Notes under the pieces: generated by a model
What the model saw: only the letters and a program-made list of their open reading frames with translations
The model's database searches: none
What the model was told of the DNA's origin: nothing
Shown: positions 40,027-49,157 of the stretch, piece by piece
Layout: each line of letters begins with the position of its first letter
How positions within the stretch are numbered: the stretch's first letter is position 1
Made by a program: the position numbers and the translations under genes
From: Candidatus Kapaibacterium sp.
GTDB taxonomy: Bacteria; Bacteroidota; Ignavibacteria; Kapaibacteriales; UBA2268
Length of the DNA stretch: 64,000 bases
NCBI GenBank assembly: GCA_963664875.1
Contig: OY761611.1
Location: 32,001 to 96,000, forward strand
Direction: 5' to 3'

Positions 40027-40362
40027 TTATTGTAATTCATCAAGTGCTTCGAGCGCAAATCTCAAATGCGGAATGACAATAGATCCGCCAATTACTAATG
40101 CAATATTGCAGGCTTCATTGATTTCGTCCTTGGTAGCACCTGCCTGCACACTTTTTTCGATATGATACAGTATGCAATCATTGCAACGAAGCACCATAGA
40201 GCCTACTAACCCCATAAGTTCTTTGTTTTTTGAAGAGATTGCTCCTTCTTCGTATGTTTTGGTATCCAGAGCCATAAATCTTTTATATGGCAGGAAGTCC
40301 TGCTGCATGATTTTATCATTGCCGCTTTGTCTTCTGGCGTGGAAATCGTCAAATTTCTTCAT
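40027..40362 (-). CDS. Carboxymuconolactone decarboxylase/AhpD-family protein
   Basis: KELMGLVGSMVLRCNDCILYH, GATKDEI. Confidence 0.9.
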   Translation of the reverse strand: MKKFDDFHARRQSGNDKIMQQDFLPYKRFMALDTKTYEEGAISSKNKELMGLVGSMVLRCNDCILYHIEKSVQAGATKDEINEACNIALVIGGSIVIPHLRFALEALDELQ

Positions 40363-40391
40363 AAAAATTCTAAATTGTTTTTCTAATGTGC

Positions 40392-40418
40392 TAAAGTTTT
40401 CAATAAGTATGCCGATAA
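40392..40418 (+). promoter_or_regulatory. Sigma28 (FliA) promoter
   Basis: Exact TAAAGTTT-N11-GCCGATAA consensus. Confidence 0.7.
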
Positions 40419-40424
40419 CAAAAT

Positions 40425-40615
40425 GTTTCGCTGTTCTCTTTGTAAAGATAAGTATTAATAGCTAATATTGTGAGCTTATTTTTCCACATTATGAAAAGGT
40501 GTGAAGGGAGAAACTAACTGATAATTAGATATTTACATCTTTATCTGGCGACGGGTGAGGCAGTCTTAGATTGAAAAAAAAAGCAAAAATCTTCTGGGAA
40601 GAAATTTGCTTTTAT
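40425..40615 (+). ncRNA. Putative sigma28-dependent small RNA
   Basis: Lies between the perfect sigma28 promoter and a hairpin plus T-run; the two ATG-initiated ORFs I read here are only 11 and 8 codons. Confidence 0.35.
40574..40613. terminator. Intrinsic terminator, possibly bidirectional
   Basis: aaagcaaa-aa-tcttc-tgg-gaaga-aa-tttgcttt flanked by A9 and T-rich runs. Confidence 0.6.
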
Positions 40616-40671
40616 ATTCTAAATTATCGTATTAAATTGTCTAAAAACAGCCTGAATGGCTAAAATTATCA

Positions 40672-42732
40672 TTACTCTTCAGATTCTGACCGGGAGACTC
40701 TCGCGACTATCATTTCAAGTAAAAGACAAAGTAGAGTAGCCGCTACGAAAAATTTCCACAACTCTGTACCCAATCTCACTCTTGTAATAGAATCTTCAGG
40801 CGAAACCGACAACTCCGCGAAATTTACTGAGGCATCCGGTGCTATACTGTTTACAAATCTTTCAATTTGCTCTTCATCAGCTACTGCCAAATCTGACTCA
40901 GTAGTAATAGGATTGACTGAGAAGATGGAAATTGCTTTCCCGTCTGAGTTTGTAATTTTATAAGACCCCGGTATTTCCGTATTACCAATTACCAGTTTTT
41001 CTCCACTTGGAAGTGATACTCTGTAGGTAAATGATTCGACTTTATTCGGATCTAATATTTTAAATTGGTCTTCTGCTGCAAATCTTTTGTCAAGTTCGAT
41101 TGTTATACTGCTACCGGGAGAAGTAAAAAGAAGATTTTCCTCTTTAGCTTTGAGGTAAAGTATTGCACGATTAACCACTGCAGGGAATAAACTTGTAATC
41201 GGGAAACTGCCTGCATCAAGTGTTGGCGGTAGAGACAGATAAAGCACTTTGCCTTCTCCAATCTTCAATTCTGACAGCAACGGCTTGCCCAAGACTTTAA
41301 CGAGGCTACTTCCTTGGTTGATATTTATCAAATTAGTGATTTCAGGAGCTTCGAGTATGGTGTTGTTGTTGCCGGAATTAAAAACACCTTTAAAGAAAGG
41401 GTGACTCTGCTCAAATTCATTGATAGGAACTGCTCTGCCAATAGAACTTGTTTCATAAGAACCAAGAAAATATGCATTGCCTGTGTCATTTCTATCCGAA
41501 GGAGCAAATATTAGTGCTGCTTTTCCGGCAGAAATAAATGAATTTAAAGTCTGAGCTAAACCGGGCGATAAAAATTTGCCGTTGTAGATTACAACATCAT
41601 ATTTATTTAAATCAAGTCGGTTGAGCTCTTCAGGTTTATAGTATTCCAATGAATATCTATCAGGAATGACTTCCAAGGCTGCCCTTAAAAAATCAGACGA
41701 AGAGAAATCGGAAAAAACTGCAACTTTCGGTGCATCAGAGATAATAAAACCAAAATTGAATGTATTATCTGCGTCGAGCTCGTCAGCTTCTAACTCCAAG
41801 ACTGCCTCGACAAAGCCGGATTGATTATATGGTGCTGAAATCGCAATTGACTTTGTTTCTCCTGCTTCGATGTCGAAAGTACGCTGAGCAGATTTTTTAC
41901 CGTTAAAATAAAGATTTGCAACTGAATTTTCGACTTTTTGGGTGCCAAAGTTAGTAACTTCAAAAGAAAGATTGACCGGTGCATTCATCTCGAAAATGTT
42001 AGTTTCTACTCTGACCGAATCAATCGCCAGATTTTCGATTTTGCCGGCTTCTGATACAGGAATGAAATAAACAGTAGGAGAGAATTCTGTTTTTAAAGAA
42101 TCAGCAAACTCTCTTATGAAGTTGATTTTCTGACTGTCTGTAAGTATATAGATTTCTTTGTTTATGTTTTTAGAGTCCTGCAAAAGTGAAATTGCATCAA
42201 AAAGTGCTTTTTCTAATTGAACTTTAGAGTATGCGATATCAATTTCTCTTAATTCCTTTTTGAGGTTAGCTTTGTTGGTACTAAAATTCAACATTTTTCT
42301 GTTCGATTTATGCGAAGCAAGAGGCATAATCAAAGCTTCGTCACCCTCTTTGAAGAAATCTACAAGATTACCGGCATAGGCTATAGCATTTCTGAAACTG
42401 TTCCCGCTACCTGTATTTGCATCCATACTGTACGAGTTATCTACAATGATGACCGCACCTGTCTTTGCAAATGATTCGAAACCTGAAATTGTGCCTTTTA
42501 TAGTCGGCCGGGAAAACGCAAGAACCGCAAAAATAATCGCAAGGGTTCTGAGTATAAGAAGCAGAATCTGTTTGAGTTTTACACGCTTGATTTTAGTTTT
42601 TCTAAGTTCTTTGATGAATTTCAAAGAAGAAAACTCAATCTTCTTTAATTTACGAAGATTGAGTAAATGTAGAATAACAGGTATAGAGGCACCTATAAGG
42701 CCTATTAAAACTAAAGGATTCAAAAAATTCAT
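40672..42732 (-). CDS. BatA N-terminal/vWA domain membrane protein
   Basis: MNFLNP...IPVILHL...FSS; DNSYSM MIDAS; ILTD; C-terminal ELWKFF TM. Confidence 0.88.
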   Translation of the reverse strand: MNFLNPLVLIGLIGASIPVILHLLNLRKLKKIEFSSLKFIKELRKTKIKRVKLKQILLLILRTLAIIFAVLAFSRPTIKGTISGFESFAKTGAVIIVDNSYSMDANTGSGNSFRNAIAYAGNLVDFFKEGDEALIMPLASHKSNRKMLNFSTNKANLKKELREIDIAYSKVQLEKALFDAISLLQDSKNINKEIYILTDSQKINFIREFADSLKTEFSPTVYFIPVSEAGKIENLAIDSVRVETNIFEMNAPVNLSFEVTNFGTQKVENSVANLYFNGKKSAQRTFDIEAGETKSIAISAPYNQSGFVEAVLELEADELDADNTFNFGFIISDAPKVAVFSDFSSSDFLRAALEVIPDRYSLEYYKPEELNRLDLNKYDVVIYNGKFLSPGLAQTLNSFISAGKAALIFAPSDRNDTGNAYFLGSYETSSIGRAVPINEFEQSHPFFKGVFNSGNNNTILEAPEITNLININQGSSLVKVLGKPLLSELKIGEGKVLYLSLPPTLDAGSFPITSLFPAVVNRAILYLKAKEENLLFTSPGSSITIELDKRFAAEDQFKILDPNKVESFTYRVSLPSGEKLVIGNTEIPGSYKITNSDGKAISIFSVNPITTESDLAVADEEQIERFVNSIAPDASVNFAELSVSPEDSITRVRLGTELWKFFVAATLLCLLLEMIVARVSRSESEE

Positions 42733-42773
42733 ATTATAAAAAACCTATCTTGTCAAATGTAATCAACATACAA

Positions 42774-43241
42774 CTATTCGTCAGTAAAATAGAATTCAGA
42801 GAGGTCATCAAATTTGATATTTGTAACAATCCATCCTAATTCCGGAGAATTATAGAAAGTGAAAATCCATCTCATAGGATAGTTTTCATGTAAACCAAGA
42901 AATCTCAATCTGATGTAGGAAGCAGAAATCATTTCTGAGCTTACTGCTTCGTATCCTTTCAGATTACCGTATATTTCCATAGCTTTTTTTGTTTGCGAGA
43001 TTAGCTGTTTACGAGCTTCTTTTTTTTCAGATAAAGGACTATCAGCTAAAATCCCATCAAATGCTTTTACGATTTCTAGCTTAATAATGTTATCAAAAAA
43101 AACAGAAGTTTTTGAGATTAATTCATCAGGTACACCGATAAACTGTTGTCTCATCGAAGCCGAACTTTCTCCGTTATTCTGCGAGTAAGAGTTGGCTGTT
43201 AGCAAAATACCCAAAATAAGCAGAGTATTAAATATTCTCAT
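42774..43241 (-). CDS. Exported hypothetical protein
   Basis: Signal peptide; YPMRWIFTFY. Confidence 0.7.
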   Translation of the reverse strand: MRIFNTLLILGILLTANSYSQNNGESSASMRQQFIGVPDELISKTSVFFDNIIKLEIVKAFDGILADSPLSEKKEARKQLISQTKKAMEIYGNLKGYEAVSSEMISASYIRLRFLGLHENYPMRWIFTFYNSPELGWIVTNIKFDDLSEFYFTDE

Positions 43242-43257
43242 AATAATCTCCTATTTA

Positions 43258-44034
43258 TCAGCTTCTGATGCCGACTAATTTTTTCAGAGCTCTTATTTCG
43301 TTAGTTCTTAGGTGGCGATATTCGCCTTTGTCCATACCACTGACGTTTAAAGTTGCAAAATGTTTACGGTGCAACTGTTTTACTACATAATCGAAATGTT
43401 CAAAGATGCGACGAACTTCTCGGTTTCTTCCCTCGCGAATTGAGACATACACTACAGTTCTGTCTTTAGAGTCGTAGAGCAACTCAATCGGTCCGGTAGT
43501 GCCGTCTTCTAATTCGACACCTTTGACAATAGCTTCAGCATGCTCAGGTAGCAAAGGCCTGTCGAGCACAGTTCTGTAAACCTTTTCAATTTCATACTTA
43601 GGGTGCATCAGTCTATTTGCAAGTTCCCCGTCATTAGTAAGGAGCAAAGTGCCGGTAGTGTTTCTGTCGAGTCTGCCGACCGGATATACACGAGAACTTG
43701 TCTTGACAATGTCCATGACAGTTTTTCTGCCCAAATCGTCACTGGTAGTTGTGATTACATCCTTAGGTTTATTGAGCAGTATATAAACATATCTGATAAT
43801 TTCTTTTACCGGATCTCCATTTACTGTAATAAAATCACTTCTAAGCACTTTTGTGCCAAGTTCAGTAACAACCTTACCGTTAACTTTCACCTTACCTGCC
43901 TCTATTAACTCATCTGCTTTTCTTCTGGAGCAGGTACCCGTTTCAGCCAAATACTTATTGAGCCTCAAAGGAGCATTCTCTTTGTCGATGGCTTCTCGTG
44001 GGTCTCTTGGCTTGTAATTCTTATTCGTTTTCAT
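43258..44034 (-). CDS. rluB: rRNA pseudouridine synthase (RluB/RsuA family)
   Basis: S4 domain LRLNKYLA..G.CSRR; PVGRLDRNTTG; EGRNREVRR. Confidence 0.88.
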   Translation of the reverse strand: MKTNKNYKPRDPREAIDKENAPLRLNKYLAETGTCSRRKADELIEAGKVKVNGKVVTELGTKVLRSDFITVNGDPVKEIIRYVYILLNKPKDVITTTSDDLGRKTVMDIVKTSSRVYPVGRLDRNTTGTLLLTNDGELANRLMHPKYEIEKVYRTVLDRPLLPEHAEAIVKGVELEDGTTGPIELLYDSKDRTVVYVSIREGRNREVRRIFEHFDYVVKQLHRKHFATLNVSGMDKGEYRHLRTNEIRALKKLVGIRS

Positions 44035-44131
44035 TTCTCACCGGTAATAATATTCTATACTACAAATTTACGCATTTGTAGGCTAAGAAAAAAATCATAT
44101 AATCCGCCCTAATCTTTAGCAAAAAATAATG

Positions 44132-44323
44132 AAACATACGTTCGTTTATTCCGTCAAAGCAAAAGTACAAGTTGGTACAGGAAAAAGGAAAAAAATATTA
44201 AACCTTTTGCCTAACAACTGACTCTATAATTTTGACATTTCGCATATTAAATCAAACGGTTGATCAAAAAAGAGTTTGAAATATGCAAACTAGAAATTAT
44301 ATTTGTACGAACGAACGTTTGAT
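44132..44323. promoter_or_regulatory. Three related operator-like boxes (44132-44147, 44251-44264, 44308-44323)
   Basis: aaacatacgttcgttt; atcaaacggttgat; cgaacgaacgtttgat (reverse complement atcaaacgttcgttcg). Confidence 0.5.
44275..44305 (+). promoter_or_regulatory. Bacteroidota-type housekeeping promoter TTTG-N19-TATATTTG
   Basis: Matches the -33 TTTG / -7 TAnnTTTG consensus, ending 37 nt before the ATG at 44343. Confidence 0.6.
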
Positions 44324-44342
44324 AAAATAATTAGAGACTAAT

Positions 44343-45041
44343 ATGAACTTTGGTTTGATAGCAGCAGGAGAGGGTACAAGGTTGAAAGCCGGCGGCTGGG
44401 ATAAACCAAAAGGTTTAGCTCAAATTAACGGGGAACCCCTTATCAAAAGGTTTTTAGACCTTGCAAATTATTACAATGCAGAAAAAATATGTATCATAGT
44501 GAACGAAGAGTCGCCCGAGCTTGTTGAATATATCAACTCTTATGAAAGCTCTTCAGCAATTCACCTCAAAGTAAAATCTACTCCGAGTTCTTTGCACAGC
44601 TTCTACGAAATATCCAAGTTTTCAGAATCAGAATCTATATTCCTGTTTACAGTAGATACTGTTTTTGATTCAAAAGAATTCGATAAGTTTTATGAGTTTT
44701 CTCTCTACACTCAATACGACGGAGTATGGGGGATAAGCAATTTTATAGATGACGAAAAGCCTCTTTACGTCAGTCTCAAAGAAAATAATCTGATTGACGG
44801 TTTTCATGACGAAGGCGAGTTTGAGTATGTTACCGGTGGATTCTATTATATGAAACCTACTCTTCACAAACATCTCAAATCAGCTGTCGAATCCGGCATG
44901 GAAAGAATGAGAAATTTCCAAAGATTTTTGATTGAATTAAATCATGATATTTACGGATATAATTTTTCTAAAATTGTTGATGTAGATCATGTCTCAGATA
45001 TAGCAAAAGCTGAAGCGTTTTTAAAAGAAAGAAACAAGTAA
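44343..45041 (+). CDS. NTP-transferase (probable inositol-phosphate cytidylyltransferase)
   Basis: IAAGEGTRL...PKGL; VDVDHVSDI; clustered with ino1. Confidence 0.8.
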   Translation: MNFGLIAAGEGTRLKAGGWDKPKGLAQINGEPLIKRFLDLANYYNAEKICIIVNEESPELVEYINSYESSSAIHLKVKSTPSSLHSFYEISKFSESESIFLFTVDTVFDSKEFDKFYEFSLYTQYDGVWGISNFIDDEKPLYVSLKENNLIDGFHDEGEFEYVTGGFYYMKPTLHKHLKSAVESGMERMRNFQRFLIELNHDIYGYNFSKIVDVDHVSDIAKAEAFLKERNK

Positions 45042-45069
45042 TTTTATTTAGTAAAGCAGAAAGCAAGAC

Positions 45070-45531
45070 ATGAGAAATATCATAATATTTGCCTTGATAA
45101 TTTTTTTCCTGCCGGGCTTCTTTTGGGCTGAAGGTAAATCAGCCGACAAAAAAAAAGGTACTTTGCTTGTCAAAGTTACAGGTCTGAGGACTAATAAAGG
45201 CTATGTGGTTTGCCATCTGTTTAATGATGCAGACGGTTATCCGCTAAAATCAAAAAAAGCCTTAGTTTTTCAAGATGATTTGGACATCAAAGACAGCACA
45301 GCTTCTTTTGTTTTTACTGATTTGCCTTATGGCAAATATGCTTTTACTACTCATCATGATGAGAACGCTAATCATAAAATGGATAAGACTTGGCTTGGAT
45401 TGCCTGCTGAGGGCTGGGCTTGCTCTAATAATGTTATGGGTATATTAGGAGTGGGACCACCAAGTTTCAAAGAAGCACATTTTGTAGTCAATAAAGATAC
45501 GGTTGTACAACAAATCAAAATGAATTATTAA
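45070..45531 (+). CDS. DUF2141 family exported protein
   Basis: GKYAFTTHHDEN.NHKMDKTWLGLPAEGWACSNN...GPPSFKEA. Confidence 0.85.
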   Translation: MRNIIIFALIIFFLPGFFWAEGKSADKKKGTLLVKVTGLRTNKGYVVCHLFNDADGYPLKSKKALVFQDDLDIKDSTASFVFTDLPYGKYAFTTHHDENANHKMDKTWLGLPAEGWACSNNVMGILGVGPPSFKEAHFVVNKDTVVQQIKMNY

Positions 45532-45550
45532 ACTTGGGGAATTATATATA

Positions 45551-46438
45551 ATGCAATTGGAATTTGCTGCTATCAAAAGGGCAAAAAAGTTTTCTCCTAA
45601 TCATATAGAAAATGATGCTCTTATACTGACTCAGACTGCTGAAGAACTAATCAGACTTGGCGCGAAGGTTAAGTTTTACGACGAAGAAATGCTTTTTGGC
45701 GACAGCATAAAAGAAGATTTTATATTTTCTATGTCAAGAGAAGTAGATGTAATCAAAAAACTTAAACAACTACAAAAGCAGGGAAAAGTAATCATCAATT
45801 CGCCGAAAGCTGTAAAAAACTGTTTCCGCGAAAATGTAACTACCAAACTATTAGTGTATGGAATTCCATATCCGGATAGTGTAATTATCAAAACTAACGA
45901 TTTTGATCCGATTACTCTTTCCAAATTTAACGGTTCCAAAGTATGGATAAAACGAGATAAACATATTCAGCATAGTGAAGATAGGACTCTTGCCACATGC
46001 GATGCCGAAAGAGATAATATTGTAAGAGAGTTTGGAAGAAGAGGTATCAAAAAAGCAATTGTGCAGGAACATTTGATTGGTAATGAAGTTAAGTTTTACG
46101 GTGTTCGTGGCTCTGAGTTTTTCCATTGGTATTACTCACACAAAAACATTCCGAATATCCAACTTGACGAAGAGAGATTTATCACCTTAGCTCGCAGAGC
46201 TGCAGAGACTTTGAAAGTAGATGTTTATGGTGGCGATGCTCTTATCTTACCTGACGGTACTATTTATATCATTGATTTCAATGATTGGCCAAGCTTTGCT
46301 CCTTGCAGAAATGAAGCTGCCCAAGCAATCGCTAAAATGATTTACCGTAAGGCACAGTTCAAAATTCTTACTAATGAGACTTCTTTCGTTTCGGAAGAGA
46401 CTCAGGAAGTAGTGGAAATAGAAACAAACTTCAACTAA
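45551..46438 (+). CDS. ATP-grasp protein with ITPK1-like motifs
   Basis: IINSPKAV, GIPYP, VQEHLIGNEVKFYGV, YGGD, IIDFNDWPSF. Confidence 0.65.
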   Translation: MQLEFAAIKRAKKFSPNHIENDALILTQTAEELIRLGAKVKFYDEEMLFGDSIKEDFIFSMSREVDVIKKLKQLQKQGKVIINSPKAVKNCFRENVTTKLLVYGIPYPDSVIIKTNDFDPITLSKFNGSKVWIKRDKHIQHSEDRTLATCDAERDNIVREFGRRGIKKAIVQEHLIGNEVKFYGVRGSEFFHWYYSHKNIPNIQLDEERFITLARRAAETLKVDVYGGDALILPDGTIYIIDFNDWPSFAPCRNEAAQAIAKMIYRKAQFKILTNETSFVSEETQEVVEIETNFN

Positions 46439-46447
46439 TTTGGATGA

Positions 46448-47356
46448 ATGATGGCTGAGATGAATGTAGCGGCTACTTTGAAATCAAAAGATACTGAAGA
46501 GACTCTTGATATCCTTTTTTATAGACCGCTTGGATTTTTGCTTGCTAAGTTTTGTGCCAAAACAGGTATTACTCCTAATACTGTAACTTGGACAAGCATC
46601 GTGCTTGGCGGTTTTGCAGGTCATGCCTTTTACTATTCTGATTTGAATATCAATATAATCGGAATGTTGGTTTTGATTTTTGCAAATCTGCTTGATTCTA
46701 CAGACGGACAGCTCGCCCGCATGACAAATCAATGCACACGTATGGGTAGATTCTTAGATGGTTTTGGTGGTAATATCTGGTTTTTGAGCATATATATCCA
46801 CTTAGGACTCAGAATGATCAATGAAGGCTACGAGCCTTGGATTTTTGGTTTTGTCATAGTTACAGGGCTATTCCATTCGTTCCAGGCTGCTATGGCTGAT
46901 TATTACAGAAACGCTCATTTATTTTTTATTCAGGGCAAAAGTGGTTCTGAAGTTGACAGTTCAAAAAAATTGGAAGAACAGTATCTGGCTGCTTCATGGA
47001 AAAGAGAATTTTGGACTAAGACATTTTTGTTGCTTTACAAGAATTACACGGTTGAGCAGGAAATACTATCCAAAAACCTTCAGAAGTTATATGCAAAAAT
47101 AGCTGAAAAATATCCGGAGGGCACGCCTGAGTGGCTTGTTGCTAACTTCAGAAAAGGAAGCAAGCCTCTGATGAAATATACAAACATATTGACAACTAAC
47201 ACACGAATGTGGGCTTTGTTTTTCTCTATGTTTTTTGGTGAGGTGATTTGGTACTTGGTGTTCGAAGTTACTGTATTGAATATACTTCTTATTCAAATGG
47301 TAATCAGACAGGAAAGATTGAGCAAAAAGATGATATTGGAAATTGAGCAGGCATAA
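46448..47356 (+). CDS. CDP-alcohol phosphatidyltransferase
   Basis: ITPNTVT; DSTDGQLAR...GRFLD. Confidence 0.92.
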   Translation: MMAEMNVAATLKSKDTEETLDILFYRPLGFLLAKFCAKTGITPNTVTWTSIVLGGFAGHAFYYSDLNINIIGMLVLIFANLLDSTDGQLARMTNQCTRMGRFLDGFGGNIWFLSIYIHLGLRMINEGYEPWIFGFVIVTGLFHSFQAAMADYYRNAHLFFIQGKSGSEVDSSKKLEEQYLAASWKREFWTKTFLLLYKNYTVEQEILSKNLQKLYAKIAEKYPEGTPEWLVANFRKGSKPLMKYTNILTTNTRMWALFFSMFFGEVIWYLVFEVTVLNILLIQMVIRQERLSKKMILEIEQA

Positions 47357-48388
47357 GTGAAGAAGCAAAATACATATAAAACCATATTTATGATTGTTGG
47401 TTTGGCGATTTTCTCTTATCTCGTTTATAATTTTGGGATAGAGAGAATAATGCAGAATCTGCAGGAAACCGGCTGGTGGTTTGCAGCGATTGTTGCTACA
47501 TGGGGATTTGTTTATCTGTTCAACGCTTTCTCATGGTCAAGAATTGTAAAGGCTAAAGAAAACAAGATTCCTTTCAGTCAGGTTTTTGGTTTGACAGTTA
47601 GCGGCTTTTCTTTGAATTATATTACTCCTTTTGTAGGACTTGGCGGCGAGCCATATCGCATAATGGCCTATAAAGAATATATAGGAACAGAAAAGTCAGT
47701 CTCATCTGTAATTATTTTTACCTTGATGCACATGATTAGTCATGTTGTGTTTTGGGTATTCAGTATGGCTTGGGTTATTTTATTCTTGGAAATGCCTATG
47801 CACTACTGGCTAATTATGGCAGTAATTTTTATAGTGCTGCTTCTATTGCTTTCGGTTTATATCAAAGCAATGAAATCCGGATTTTTCAATACATTAAAAT
47901 GGGTGGCATCCAAGCTACCTATTAAGAAATTGAATGAAGTAATAGAAACTCATCACGACAAACTTGACGAAGCAGATAGATTTATCCGTGACTTTTACAA
48001 TACTCGTAAAAAAGATTTTTACTTAGTTGTCTTCTACGAATTTGTTTCGAGAGTGATTAGCTCATTGGAATACTACTTTATTCTAATGGCTGTAGGAGTC
48101 AATATCGGGATATTTGAAGCGATATTTATCAATGCAGGTATGTCTTTGGTAATCAATCTTACATTTTTCATTCCGTTCCAGCTTGGGGCGCGTGAAGGTT
48201 CGCTTGTGTTTGTACATGGTATGTTAGGAATCGATTCTTCGCTTGGCATATATGCGGGGCTTGTGAATCGAGTTAGAGAATTTTTCTGGATTTTAATGGG
48301 TTTAACTTTTATACAGCTTTCCGGAAGAAAGACCAAATATAAAGAAGAAAGAATGAATGAATTAGTAGAGGCGGACAATGCAAACTAA
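47357..48388 (+). CDS. Lysylphosphatidylglycerol-synthase TM-like (UPF0104) flippase
   Basis: NYITPFVGLGGEPYR; IPFQLGAREG; multiple TM segments. Confidence 0.88.
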   Translation: MKKQNTYKTIFMIVGLAIFSYLVYNFGIERIMQNLQETGWWFAAIVATWGFVYLFNAFSWSRIVKAKENKIPFSQVFGLTVSGFSLNYITPFVGLGGEPYRIMAYKEYIGTEKSVSSVIIFTLMHMISHVVFWVFSMAWVILFLEMPMHYWLIMAVIFIVLLLLLSVYIKAMKSGFFNTLKWVASKLPIKKLNEVIETHHDKLDEADRFIRDFYNTRKKDFYLVVFYEFVSRVISSLEYYFILMAVGVNIGIFEAIFINAGMSLVINLTFFIPFQLGAREGSLVFVHGMLGIDSSLGIYAGLVNRVREFFWILMGLTFIQLSGRKTKYKEERMNELVEADNAN

Positions 48389-49085
48389 AGCGATTTTATT
48401 TGATTTTGGCGGTACTATAGATACAAATGGTGTCCACTGGAGCGAAAAGTTTTGGGATACTTACGAAAGATGTAATATCTCAATCGAAAAAAAGGATTTT
48501 GAATCTGCGTATGTAAGCACGGAAAAATTGCTTGGTAGAGACAAAAGAATCAAACCGGAGATGAGCTTTTACACTATTATAAGAGAGAAACTGCTAATCC
48601 ATTTATATTTTTTGATTCAGAACAGCAAACTACCTCATACAACCAAAGTGGATGAGCTTGCTGATAAGTTAGCAGATGATTGCTATGCTAATATCAAAAA
48701 TGTAATAGAAAATGCAAATCTCACTATGGCAAAGCTGAAGCATAAATACACTCTCGGAGTTGTTTCTAATTTTTACGGTAATATTGATAAAGTACTGAAA
48801 GAATTTGGCTTGCATGAACTTTACGAGCTCATCGTTGATTCGACGATTGTCGGGATACGCAAGCCCGATCCGGAAATTTACAGACTTGCCATAGATAAAC
48901 TTGGGTTTACAGCAAGTGATGTCGCAATAGTTGGTGATTCATATACAAATGATATGGAGCCGGGAAGAACGCTTGGCTGCAAAACAGTTTGGCTCAAAGG
49001 CAGATCATGGAAAGAGGAGACTCAAACAGAGGCTGCCGACCACATAATTACAAAATTTGAAGAGCTTGAAAATCTTTTTCTCTAA
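48378..49085 (+). CDS. HAD-family hydrolase
   Basis: FDFGGTID, VVSN, RKPDP, VGDSYTND. Confidence 0.9.
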   Translation: MQTKAILFDFGGTIDTNGVHWSEKFWDTYERCNISIEKKDFESAYVSTEKLLGRDKRIKPEMSFYTIIREKLLIHLYFLIQNSKLPHTTKVDELADKLADDCYANIKNVIENANLTMAKLKHKYTLGVVSNFYGNIDKVLKEFGLHELYELIVDSTIVGIRKPDPEIYRLAIDKLGFTASDVAIVGDSYTNDMEPGRTLGCKTVWLKGRSWKEETQTEAADHIITKFEELENLFL

Positions 49086-49157
49086 AGAGATTTTGGGGAT
49101 TAATATAAATAATTGCATAAATAGCAAACTAACTAAATATTCTATTTGAGGTTACAA

